Source: a virus
IMG/VR virus record: IMGVR_UViG_3300020183_000040
Coordinates: 1 to 64,000 of that record
Strand: one strand, 5' to 3'
Length of the DNA: 64,000 nucleotides
This document shows positions 38,801 through 49,600 of the stretch, piece by piece. Position numbers and translations under genes: made by a program. A model generated the notes under the pieces. It worked only from the letters and a program-made list of their open reading frames with translations, ran no database searches and was not told the DNA's origin. How positions within the stretch are numbered: position 1 is the first letter of the stretch; every line of letters starts with the position of its first letter.

Positions 38801-41800
38801 GGCTAGCTCACTCATCAACAGGGGACTATTTTGCTGGTCAATCATATACTGGACTATCTTACTACGATATTCCATTTTTCAACCAAGCACTTTGTCTAAC
38901 AGACTTCCTTGACTTTAGACCATCTGCGAAAAATCTATACTCTGGAACTGGTACAGTTGGATCGCCCGCGTCAGTTCAGTGTTCAACTCTAGATTTCAGA
39001 TCAAGACTATTTACTTCTGGTGCTACTATCACTGATGTACCAAAACTAGATAGTGACTTCCGTTGCGATTTTGATTTTTATCTACCAAGAGTAGATAAAC
39101 TATTTTTATCTTCTGAAGGAGGATTCCAAATCATATCTGGAAAATCTGCAGAAGTTCCAGAAGTGCCTGAAGATATTCAAAACGCAATGCTTCTTTCTAC
39201 AATTAGAATGAGACCTTATGGATTTGATCCAGAGAAAGATGTCGTACTTACTAATGAGGATCATCGTCGTTACACAATGAGAGACATTGGAAGTCTTGAT
39301 CGTCGTTTGAGCACTGTAGAATACTACACATCGCTATCATTGCTAGAAGCAGATACTGCAAATACTAAGATTTTAGATGCATCTGGAAAAGATCGTCTCA
39401 AGAATGGTTTTATTGTTGATGACTTTGCTTCCCACGATAGATCTGATACCTCAAACTTTGATTACAGAGCATCTTTGGACTATGCTCAGGGACATTGTAG
39501 AGCTGTTCACTACACAACTAATGTTGCTCTAGAATATAATGCATCTGCATCCCAAAATATTCAACAAACTGGTCCTTTGCTGACTCTTCCATATACAGAA
39601 GAAGCAATTGTAAATCAACCATATGCATCAAGAGTTGTAAACGTAAACCCATTCAACGTTTTTACATTTATTGGTCGTATTGATCTACTACCATCTACAG
39701 ATGACTGGATTGATACTAAGAGAGAACCAGCAAAAGTTACTCAAATTGAAGGTAACTATGAAGCCACAAGAAAAGAAATGAATGTGGATCAAAATGGTTT
39801 TACTCCTATTCAGTGGAATTCTTGGCAAACTTCTTGGGTTGGTGAGAAAACAACTGCTACTAAGACTGTCTATCAACCAGATTGGGTTGCCTCAGACGTT
39901 GGAAAATCTCCTGCTCCATGGGTATGGGGTGGCAAGGGTCTACGTCGTATCAATGAAGTCGATACTATCCAAGTAACAACGAAATCTACTCGTTCTGGTA
40001 CAAGAAGTAAAGTAGTACCAAAAATTGAAAACAAATCTCTGGGTGATTCTGTCATAGCGAGTACAGTTGTTCCGTGGATTCGTTCTAGAAATGTCCAACT
40101 ATTTTGTTCTCGTCTAAAACCAAGAACTCGTTTCTATGCATTCTTTGATAATGTGAACTTTACAAATTACATGGTTCCAAAAATCATTGAACTAGTAAAA
40201 GATACTGCTTTGGATTCAAGAAGCAATGCAACACCATTTGTTATTGGAGAAACTGTAGTTGGTCAAACATCTGGATGTAAGTTGGTTGTTGCTGCCCCAA
40301 ATGATGGATATAACTTCAACCCATATTCAGATGCTGCAATGCCAACCTCTTATGCTGCAACTACAGATTTTCTGAATATCAATACAGAATTGATGGCAAA
40401 GACAATTTCTGGAAATGCATATGGAAATTTCCAAGTTGGAGAAGTTCTAATTGGATCTTCTGGCGCAAAGGCAGTTGTAAAAGATCGTCGTCTTGTATCA
40501 GATAGATCTGGAGAATTCAAATCTGCAATGTGGATTCCAAATCCAAATGTAGATACTAATCCAAGATGGGGAACTGGGAGAAGAACTATTCGTTTGACAA
40601 CTTCTATAACAGATAGTCGTCTTGAAGGTGCAGTATCATCCTCCGCACAAACTACTTATACTGCTACTGGAATCCTAAACACAATTCAGGAAAATATTCT
40701 TGCAGTGCGTAATGCTGAAATTGTTGTAGATACAGTAACGGAAGAAAAAGTAGAACTTTCTACTAGAGAAGAAACACGTCAAGTTGGTTGGTATGACCCA
40801 CTTGCACAGTCATTTATTATTGATAAACCAGGTGGTTGTTTTGTAACTAGTTTTGATGTATTCTTCTTCTCAAAAGATAAGTCAGTTCCTATTTCATGTC
40901 AAATTCGTGCAATGGAAAATGGATATCCAACAAAGAGAATTCTACCATTCTCAGATGTAACCATTATTCCTTCTAAAGTTCAATTATCAGAAAACGGATC
41001 TATCCCCACTCGGTTTACTTTCCAAGCTCCAGTCTATCTACTATCCTCTGTTGAATATTGTTTTGTTCTTCTATCTGACTCTAATGAGTACCAAGTTTGG
41101 GTATCTAGAATGGGAGATGATGATGTAACAAATAATAGAACAATTTCAGAACAACCATATGCAGGTGTTCTGTTCAAATCACAAAACGCATCAACTTGGA
41201 CAGCAGATCAATATGAAGATTTGAAATTCACTTGCTACTTAGCTAAATTCAATATTGGAGCGCAATCAAAAGCAGTCTTCAATAATACTCAACTTGCTCT
41301 TGGTAATAAGGGTATTCTAAATCTACGCAATAATCCAATCGTTACTCTGAAACCAGATCAAAATCTAGTCCTATCTTTGCCAAATGTTCCATATACTAAT
41401 GGAGCAACTATCAGATATATTAGTGGTGGAAACATCTATCTTGGAACTGGAACAGTAAAATCAACATCGGAACTTGCTAGTGGAACAGTTCTAACCCTAA
41501 CTAATGTTACTGGTTCGTTTACTTCTGGAGCAAGACTGGCATCATCTAGAACAACAGCGACTATTACTGTTAGTGGAAATAGTGGTGCATTTACTGTAGG
41601 TAATGTAATCAAAAATGCTTCTTCAACTACTGCCGAAATTACTGCTTTCAGTGGGACAACTCTTACGGTAAATTATATCAGTCCAGGTGACAGCGGTGTT
41701 GTATTCCAAGCAAATGATGCAATTACAGAATTTGCTACAATTCAATCTACAACAGCACTCAATACAGCAACTATCAGTGCTGTAACATACACTGGAGACC

Positions 41801-43134
41801 AGATTCTTGCTGGTGCATTCATGCCAGTTACTGTTTCTCAGAATGGAGCTTACAGTCAAGATCAGAAGTTTGTAACTGTAAGGCACTCAAATCACTGTAT
41901 GCATGATGTGAATAACAATGTTATAATTACTGGAGTTGCATCTGAAGTAGATCCAACATATCTAACAAATGCAATCAGTGCTACAGAAACTTCAATTAGT
42001 GTTGATGATGCCACACTATTCCACAAAATTGTTGATGGCGCAACAATTAGTGCAACAAACCCAGGTTACATAAAGATTAGTACACTTATAGTTGGAGCTG
42101 GCGCCGAAATTCCAGTTGCTGATTCAAATCTATTTGCAACACAAGAAATTATTCCATATTCTGCAATTAGTGCAGATGGTAAGACAATTACTCTTACTAC
42201 TAGAACTCCAGCATCTTCTTCATTCGCAGAAGGATCAATCGTGGAATGTTATAATCTAGATGGAATTCCACTAACAAAAATCAATAAAACTCACACAGAG
42301 ATTAGTTCACCAACTTTAGATACTTATAGACTAAAAGTGGATGCTGTTGCTACTAATGGTATTGTTGGTGGTGGATATGGTGCAACTGCTACTCAAAACG
42401 TACAGTTTGATCTTCTAACACCTCAATTTGCTAAAGTGGCTTTCCCTGAGACTTCTATCAATGCTAGAGCACAAATTATTACTGGAACATCAATTGGTAA
42501 TGGAACTACAGCTGTTGATCAAGAATCTTTTGTAAATGATGGTCAATTCCTAGATCTATCTCTAGATGCTGCAAATTACTTTGACACTCCAAGAATGGTT
42601 GCTTCTAAACTAAATGAAGATGAAGAACTTAGTGGAAATAAATCACTTAGAATGGAACTAACTCTTGATAGTACTAAACCATATTTGACTCCATATATTG
42701 ACTTGGATCGGGCATCTATCATTACAACAATGAATAGAATCAATAATCCTGTCAATAAAGACATTTCATTGAAAGCAACTGGAGATATACACGAAGCAGT
42801 TTATATTACAAAAATTGCTACACTAGCAAATAATTCTGGTGCTATCAAAGTCTTCTTCTCAGCATTCCGCCCAGAAGACACAGAGCTTTTGGTGCTATAT
42901 AGAGTACGTCCAGTGGGAAGCACGGCATCAATCCAACAAATTGATTATAGTTATTTCCCCACTAATCTTTCTTCAATTCCAGGGACAACCAGACTTGAAA
43001 AGTACTTCGATTATTCATATGAAGTACAAGGACTAAAATTTGACCAATATCAAATCAAAGTTGTTATGAGATCACCAGTTCAATGCAAAGTACCAATTCT
43101 TTCTGATTTCAGAGCAATCGCTCTCGCAATCTAA
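35863..43134 (+). CDS. Large virion structural protein, VrlC/DUF4815-like, 2423 aa
   Basis: NLNVTPYYDDFD..KVLFRPGFPIQARELT..QSILQ; SAPGAHRFKI; RLKNGFIVDDF; YDPLAQSF; LFKSQNASTW. Confidence 0.85.
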   Translation: MPQNTNLNVTPYYDDFDKNKNFYKVLFRPGFPIQARELTSAQSILQHQVENIGTHLFKEGAMVIPGQVGYDTSIDCVLLQASFLGSNIELYREQINGIIITGLNNGVKAKVLYSISAEESERGYATLYVKYVQNGGTQSTVRTFENNEQLFTDVDITFGTTLIEAGSPFAQLLPSSSLSVGSAAYIEDGVYFIRGHFVDVKKEYILLNQYDNNPSYRIGLSVTESIVTSEDDESLNDNAAGSSNYSAPGAHRFKISTSLVKKLFDDESDKNFIELLRISNSKIQKFVTRTAYSELEKSMALRTFQTNGNYVTRNFDITVRDQLNDDAKSGINGVYAAGSTTRSGLIASDDYYTAEISPGVAYVNGFQIETITPQFIDFEKPRDTKALQNQIVPFAVGNELTVNSLYGFPNFTGPSVSSAYQVVELRDTPSSTPGVAAGSVIGYARCLSLEHTDLGPNGTYGGDDDIYKMNIFDIQMLTIIRVSANTTISQGSQIIGGTTGARCFIVASQTNATHLQTYQLEGNFSVGEKIFVDGVDKGTITHLHTFEFSDTRTFIGRDESSSIIEFGANIVLDDYLALEGDTFTVSTDNGGQIVGFNTNFAKDLRPGDVLYFNGTDYLTVEKVNPTALNTQGISVIFDYTNQIVRTDAGVGTIAAGTYTSIVRARAQLLGQENNDLFSPMPKKYVKSISDESMTVRRTYDALTVPAGSLTVDLGSNEQFSSIEDENYNLTVLASSNASHPVGSQIRLVTSSGQTTTVGYATFTSNDRTTLTIANLTNITAVKLTATISKNVVNKTLKTLSKMFVLKVNKTIDNKDTQQFGLTYSNLYGTRIEDSDISLGISDAFQLQAVYESLNDNDPVVPSLTISESIFFAPGTFITGKTSNAKGKVISFITSTLVINYIAVSGSFIPGEQITGFDSTGAAVTGLVTDDSNSIIAGSKVVTDDYYIELNQTGFFYNTSKLVRKPGVRPAVRKLLVVFDWLAHSSTGDYFAGQSYTGLSYYDIPFFNQALCLTDFLDFRPSAKNLYSGTGTVGSPASVQCSTLDFRSRLFTSGATITDVPKLDSDFRCDFDFYLPRVDKLFLSSEGGFQIISGKSAEVPEVPEDIQNAMLLSTIRMRPYGFDPEKDVVLTNEDHRRYTMRDIGSLDRRLSTVEYYTSLSLLEADTANTKILDASGKDRLKNGFIVDDFASHDRSDTSNFDYRASLDYAQGHCRAVHYTTNVALEYNASASQNIQQTGPLLTLPYTEEAIVNQPYASRVVNVNPFNVFTFIGRIDLLPSTDDWIDTKREPAKVTQIEGNYEATRKEMNVDQNGFTPIQWNSWQTSWVGEKTTATKTVYQPDWVASDVGKSPAPWVWGGKGLRRINEVDTIQVTTKSTRSGTRSKVVPKIENKSLGDSVIASTVVPWIRSRNVQLFCSRLKPRTRFYAFFDNVNFTNYMVPKIIELVKDTALDSRSNATPFVIGETVVGQTSGCKLVVAAPNDGYNFNPYSDAAMPTSYAATTDFLNINTELMAKTISGNAYGNFQVGEVLIGSSGAKAVVKDRRLVSDRSGEFKSAMWIPNPNVDTNPRWGTGRRTIRLTTSITDSRLEGAVSSSAQTTYTATGILNTIQENILAVRNAEIVVDTVTEEKVELSTREETRQVGWYDPLAQSFIIDKPGGCFVTSFDVFFFSKDKSVPISCQIRAMENGYPTKRILPFSDVTIIPSKVQLSENGSIPTRFTFQAPVYLLSSVEYCFVLLSDSNEYQVWVSRMGDDDVTNNRTISEQPYAGVLFKSQNASTWTADQYEDLKFTCYLAKFNIGAQSKAVFNNTQLALGNKGILNLRNNPIVTLKPDQNLVLSLPNVPYTNGATIRYISGGNIYLGTGTVKSTSELASGTVLTLTNVTGSFTSGARLASSRTTATITVSGNSGAFTVGNVIKNASSTTAEITAFSGTTLTVNYISPGDSGVVFQANDAITEFATIQSTTALNTATISAVTYTGDQILAGAFMPVTVSQNGAYSQDQKFVTVRHSNHCMHDVNNNVIITGVASEVDPTYLTNAISATETSISVDDATLFHKIVDGATISATNPGYIKISTLIVGAGAEIPVADSNLFATQEIIPYSAISADGKTITLTTRTPASSSFAEGSIVECYNLDGIPLTKINKTHTEISSPTLDTYRLKVDAVATNGIVGGGYGATATQNVQFDLLTPQFAKVAFPETSINARAQIITGTSIGNGTTAVDQESFVNDGQFLDLSLDAANYFDTPRMVASKLNEDEELSGNKSLRMELTLDSTKPYLTPYIDLDRASIITTMNRINNPVNKDISLKATGDIHEAVYITKIATLANNSGAIKVFFSAFRPEDTELLVLYRVRPVGSTASIQQIDYSYFPTNLSSIPGTTRLEKYFDYSYEVQGLKFDQYQIKVVMRSPVQCKVPILSDFRAIALAI

Positions 43135-43379
43135 TGGATTGGTCAAAAGCACGGAGAGTTGAGGAGAACCACGATTTTGTTCGAGGTCCTAATGGAGAAA
43201 TTGTTTTATCAAATAAAACAGTTTATGATTCTTATATGTCTGGTATACAAATGGAGAAAGATCGAGAGAAAACTATCTCTTCTTTACAGACCGATGTTTC
43301 TATGCTAAAATCTGAATTGGGCGATATCAAGTCGCTTTTACTAACGTTAGTTCAAAACCAAAATAGTCATGACAATTGA
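43134..43379 (+). CDS. Hypothetical protein with a C-terminal coiled coil
   Basis: ORF track; TAATG coupling. Confidence 0.75.
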   Translation: MDWSKARRVEENHDFVRGPNGEIVLSNKTVYDSYMSGIQMEKDREKTISSLQTDVSMLKSELGDIKSLLLTLVQNQNSHDN

Positions 43380-43593
43380 AAAAGTAACACAAGATGAAAT
43401 GCTCCGACAATTTAGAGAGCGTTTTGATACACTACAAGAGGAAAATAAGAAACTTGCTCAACAAATTCGTGATAACGAAGGAGTTGCACTAAAACTTCTG
43501 GGTGCAATTGAAGCATTATCTTATTATATTGAAGATGGTAGTGAAGAAGAATCAGAAGAAAACCCTGAAGAAAATACTTCAGAAACTGAATAA
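43369..43593 (+). CDS. Hypothetical coiled-coil protein with an acidic tail
   Basis: ORF track; followed by a terminator. Confidence 0.75.
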   Translation: MTIEKVTQDEMLRQFRERFDTLQEENKKLAQQIRDNEGVALKLLGAIEALSYYIEDGSEEESEENPEENTSETE

Positions 43594-43600
43594 TTCCTAC

Positions 43601-43627
43601 AAAGAGAGGAATAACCTCTCTTTTTTT
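43601..43627 (+). terminator. Intrinsic terminator
   Basis: AAAGAGAGG-aataa-CCTCTCTTT followed by a T run. Confidence 0.85.
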
Positions 43628-43631
43628 GTAG

Positions 43632-43639
43632 TATAAATA
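43632..43639 (+). promoter_or_regulatory. T4 late promoter TATAAATA
   Basis: Exact consensus upstream of the tail fibre gene. Confidence 0.85.
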
Positions 43640-43674
43640 ATCCAGAGGTAATTATCGAGAAGTTGTGACCTGAA

Positions 43675-46600
43675 ATGGCAAATAGAATCCAACTAAGACG
43701 TGGCGGTTCACAGGAATGGAGAAACGCTAACCCAGTGCTCGCACAGGGTGAAATTGGTATCGACCTAGACTCGGGAAGAATAAAAATTGGTGATGGTACA
43801 ACTGCATGGAACTCTCTTGCATACGAAAGACCTGTAGAGTCCGTTGCTAACACCGCTAACTCCCTAGTACAGAGAGATGCTGATGGAAACTTTGCTGCTG
43901 GTGTTGTCACAGCAACTTTGATTGGTAACGCTTCTACAGCATCTCGTCTAACAAACATTCGTCAATTTCAACTCACACAAGATGTTATTGCCTCAGGTGT
44001 TTTTGACGGATCTGCAAACCTAAACCTTTCAGCACAACTTCAAACAATATCTACGCTTCCCCATTATGATGGGACAACTTCATCTCAAGGTACATATACA
44101 AAACTAGTTGTTGATGCTAAGGGTAGAATTATCAATGCTTCAAGTCCAACAACTATTCAAGCATATGGTTTAGATACTCAAATTGAAGGTACTGGCGCTC
44201 AACCATTTGATAATGACTTGAGGGCTGTTTCTCAACTTACTACTACTGGTATTGCAATTCGTGGTGGTGATGGTCAGTGGACTACAAGAAGTATTCTCTC
44301 AACTGCTGGTCAAATTGTAATAACCAATGGTTCTGGTACTGGTGGTAACCCACAAGTTGACCTTGCAACAACAACAGTAGTAAATGGAAATTACAATACA
44401 GAATCTCTAACATCAGTAAGTGCTGTAGGACCATTAGGAGAACCATTTGGAACTCAGACGGTAAATACGGTAAAATATACTGTCGATAATAGAGGTAGGC
44501 TACAGTCTTCTACCAATGTCCCTATTGCAACAGCAACTGAAGGTAGTAAGTATCCTGCATACGAAGCATCTACTGTATATGCAAGATATGACATCATCGA
44601 AACGGGCAATAATGTTTACCAAGCAATTAGGGCAATCGCTGCGGGCGGTGGTGCTCCTGCTCATACTAGTTCCAGCGATACTGGAGGGTGGAGATATCTC
44701 GCGGCTGCGGCAATCGAACAGAAAGGATTGGCCTCGTTTGCACAGGAGGATTTTGATGTAGATTCAAATGGACATGTTACAATTGCTGCACTTGGTGTAG
44801 ACAATACTCAACTTCAAAATAATAGAATTTCATTTGCTGATGGAACTACAAAAGAAGATTTTGAGCTTGATCAAGAACTAACTGCAAACACGGGATACCG
44901 TGGATTCAACTACCTCAATTATGTAAAAGTAAATGATACTAGTGGTTCTCTTCTCTTTACTGCTAATAATACTGCAAATTCTGGTGCTGGCGGTGTTGAC
45001 ATCAATGTTGATACTAACATCAGTGGCGCCAATATCATTCTTGATCGCCCTGGTACATCTCCTCTCCAAACTATTGAGCGTACTGCAGGGGACCTCAGGA
45101 TCCACCATAACGTCTCTTCTACCGTCAATAGAACTCTTGATATTATCAGCAATAATGCTGGTACTGGTGACGCCACCATCAATATCACTGCTGACAACGA
45201 TGTTGTCATTACCAGTACAACAGGGACCAACTACGTCAAAGTAGAAGATATTTGGTTTAGAGCAAATGCAATAACATCAAATAACTCTACGATTATTATT
45301 GATCCAGTAACTGAAGGCGATAACACTGGTACAGTTCAAATCAAAGGAAATCTACAAATTGATGGCATTACGACCACAGTAAATAGCACTACTGTAACTA
45401 TTGATGATCCAATCATTACACTTGGTGGAGATTCTGTTCCTACTGTTGACGATAATAAAGATCGTGGTGTAGAATTTAGATATTATGATTCACAGGCTCG
45501 TCTAGGATTCTTTGGGTGGGATGATTCTTATGCTACTCTTGCAGGTACTACTGGTGGCTATCGTTTTCTATATGATGCCACAAACGCATCGGAAGTCTTT
45601 TCTGGGACTGATGCTGGTGTCATTGCTGGTAATCTTGCTCTTACCAGTAATGTGGATTCCTCTAGTGCTACTTCTGGCACTCTTGTTGTTACTGGTGGTG
45701 TAGGAATTTCTCAACAACTGAGAGTTGGTGGAAACGCTACAATTTCTGGTAATACTTCAATTTCTGGAACTCTTACAACAACTCTTGATAGTACATTCAA
45801 TAGAAGTGTAACAATTGTCGGTTCTGATACTGCAGCAACAGAACTATTCAAGATTCAAAATGGATCTGCTGTAGACAAATTTACTGTAGATTCTGCAACA
45901 GGTAATACCACGATTCAAGGCACTCTTGGTACTACTGGTGCTACAACACTTAGCTCAACCTTAGGAGTTACTGGTGCAACAACACTTACTGGTAATCTAA
46001 CAACCCAATCCGCATCTACAGTCAATATCCAAAATACTGCCAATAGCAATGTCAATAGTGCTATTGCAGGTACTGCATATGCTTCTCTTGGAACTTATGG
46101 TGCTCTCAAAGTTGATGGCGGAGCTTCAATTGCAAATAGTTTAGTTGTTGGTGGTTCATTCAAAGTATATGGACAGTTCGATGTAGATGGTGCTGTAAGC
46201 TACAGTGGCAACACCGTTTTCAAAGGTAATGTTTCTATCGACAACGATGGTGTATCACCATTCAAGTTCAATATTTCATCAAGCACAGCAAGACTTGATA
46301 GTATTGGACAAATTGTAACTACTAATGCTACCGATTCAACAACAACTTCTACTGGTGCTGTTATTGTAACTGGTGGTGTAGGCATCGGAGCACAACTTAG
46401 AGTTGGTGGTGCAGCAACCATCACTGGTAATACTTCGATAACTGGTGCTCTTGCAGTAACTAGTAATACAACTCTTACTGGAAACTTGGTTGCTAATGGC
46501 TCTGCAACCCTAGGTGATGCAGCTGCAGATACCCTGACGGTAAACGCTACATCGACCTTCAACGCCCCTGTAACGGTCTCCTCGTCACAGGCAACAAGTT

Positions 46601-49600
46601 TGGGTGGCACACTGACTGTAACCGAGCTTACAACCCTGAATAGGGGTCTTACACTGCAAGGTAGTACAACTGCAGCATCCGAGTTCTTCAGGATTACTGA
46701 TGGAGCTGGAACTCCTGTAACTAAATTTCTGGTTGACTCTGCAACAGGTAATACTACTATCGAAGGTTCAGTTGGAATTACTGGTGCAACAACACTTTCA
46801 AGCACTCTATCTGTTACTGATAATGTAACTCTAAACAAAAACGTAACAATCGTTGGTTCTAACACTGCTGCGACAGAACTATTCAAGATTCAAAATGCAT
46901 CTGCTGTAGACAAATTTACTGTAGATTCTTCCTCTGGTAATACAACTATTGCAGGTACTGCAACTATCACCAGTGCAACTCAAATCAATAGCACTCTCGG
47001 TGTGACGGGTGTTACTTCACTGACAAATACAACTGAGCAGACTCTAACTGGAGCAGCTTACACTGCTGATGGTTCTGTTAGACTTACTGGTGGTCTTGGA
47101 GTTGCTAAAAACCTAGCGGTTGCTGGTAGTATGAGAGTCTTTGGAAACTTTGAAATCACTGGTAGTACTACACAGTCTGGTAACACTGGATTCAGTGGTA
47201 GAGTATCCATTTCCAATACTGATGATATTACCACTTTTGGTGATACTACAGTCTCCCTATCTACGACTGGTGGATTTAGAGCAACTAGAAATGCTTATAT
47301 TGGTGGTGATTTTTATGTCTGGGATAATACAAATTCTAGAGTTGCTTTTGGTGTCACTAATTCAACTGGCGCTGTATCAACACATGGTAATCTAACAGTA
47401 GGTGGAAACCTAATCGTAAATGGAACTACAACTACTGTAAACTCAACAACAATTACAGTTGATGATCCAATCATTACTTTGGGTGGAGATACTGCACCTA
47501 CATCTGATGATAATAAAGATCGTGGTGTTGAATTTAGATATTTTGATTCACAGGCTCGTCTAGGATTCTTTGGATTTGATGATTCATCCAATGAATTTAT
47601 TTTCCTAACTGGTGCTACAAATACAAACGAAATTTATTCTGGAACTGACGGAACACTTCGTGCTGGTAGTATTAGAGTTACTGGAGCAAGTGGTACTACT
47701 TTTACTGTAGATAGTAACGCAACAATTACTGGTACAACAACTTCAACCAGATATATTTCAACTACTACTACACTTGCTCCGCTAACTGTAAACTCAACAA
47801 CTAAAGTTACAAACTTGAATGCAGACCTTCTCGATGGTCTAGACACATCATCTTCAGATACAACTGGAAATAGTGTTGTATCAAGATCGTCTGGTAATTT
47901 CAGTGCTAATATTATTACAGTTGCTACTGGTACTGGTGCAGGTGCTGGTATTCAAGGTAATGCTCTTACTGCAGATACTCTCAAGACTGCTCGTACAATT
48001 ACAGTTGCTGGTGTTGTAGATGGATCTGTTTCATTCAATGGATCTTCCAATGTAACAATTACAACTACATTCAACGATGCTGATATCACCGCTCTTGCAG
48101 CGATGGCAGGAACTGGCATTGTCACTAGAACTGCAGCAAATACATATGCTCAGCGTACAATTGTTGCTTCTCCATCTACTGGTTCTGGTATTACTGTAAC
48201 CAATGGTGATGGTGTTTCTGGAAACCCAACGATCAACATCCTATCTTCCGCATCAAACTCTGCAAATAACCTGGTTCTTCGTGGTTCTAGTGGAGAATTT
48301 TCTGCTGGTGCAATTACTGCAACATCTCTCACATCCTCTGGTGCTCTTTCTGTTACTGGCATTACTACTCTCAATGGAGTACTCAATGCTAATGGTGGTA
48401 TTGCTGTTGATGGAACTAGATTTACAGTTGCAGATGCAACTGGTAATACATCGATTGCAGGAACTCTTGGTGTTACTGGTGCCACAACACTCAGTTCAAC
48501 TCTTGGAGTTACTGGTGCTACAACACTCAGTTCAACTCTAGGTGTTACTGGTGCAACCACACTCAGTTCAACCCTAGGGGTCACTGGTGTTACTACTCTC
48601 GCTGGAGTACTCAATGCTAATGGTGGTATTGCTGTTGATGGAACTGCATTTACAGTCGCAGATACAACTGGCAACACTTCTATTACTGGTACTTTAGCAG
48701 TTACTGGAACATCTACATTTACTGGGGCGCTTACAGCAACTGGAGGAGTTGTAGGTAACTCTTCTACGGCAACTACTCTTGCAACAGCAAGAACGATTGC
48801 AATTTCTGGTGATGGCACTGGTACAGCAACATCATTCAACGGATCTGCAAATATTACAATTCCGTTTACACTAGCAACGCAAACTGGTCTTACCGCTGGA
48901 GCTTATACAAAGGTAACAGTAAGCACTAAGGGTCTTGTTACTGCAGCTACACAAGCAGTTACAACTGATATTGCTGAAGGAACTAATCTATATTATACAA
49001 ACGCTCGTGCCGATGCTCGTATTGCACTACAAACTGGTGCAAACCTAGATCTTTCACAAAAGACAACTACTAATCTAACAGAGGGGACTAATCTATACTA
49101 CACGAATGCTCGGGCAGATGCTCGTATTGCATTACAAACTGGTGCGAATCTAAACCTTGCACAAAAGACAACTACTAATCTAGCTGAAGGTACTAATCTA
49201 TATTATACAAACGCTCGTGCTGATGCTCGTGTTGCACTGCAAACTGGCACAAACCTAGATCTTTCACAAAAGACAACTACTAATCTAGCTGAAGGTAATA
49301 ATCTATACTATACACAAGCAAGATTTGACACTGCATTTGGTAATAAAACAACAACAAGTCTAACTGAAGGCACTAACCTATACTATACAGAAGCAAGAGT
49401 ACAAAGTAAACTTGATGACGCATTTGCTCAATTGCAAGCAATGCTGGATAATCTAAGTACATCTACAACACTTATGCTCAATCTATCTGGTGATCCAACT
49501 CCTGGAGTTGTACTAGCTCTCGGAGGACTCATAGATAATGGTGGTGGTGGATTTGTTTCTGCTGGCACTAATGTAGCAACAACCTCTAGTACTGGCACTG

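Noticed and set aside
48961-49400. Regularly spaced repeats as a possible CRISPR array or DGR template/variable repeat
   Set aside because: They are in-frame protein repeats varying mainly at synonymous sites. There are no unique spacers, no adenine-specific variation and no reverse transcriptase or cas gene.
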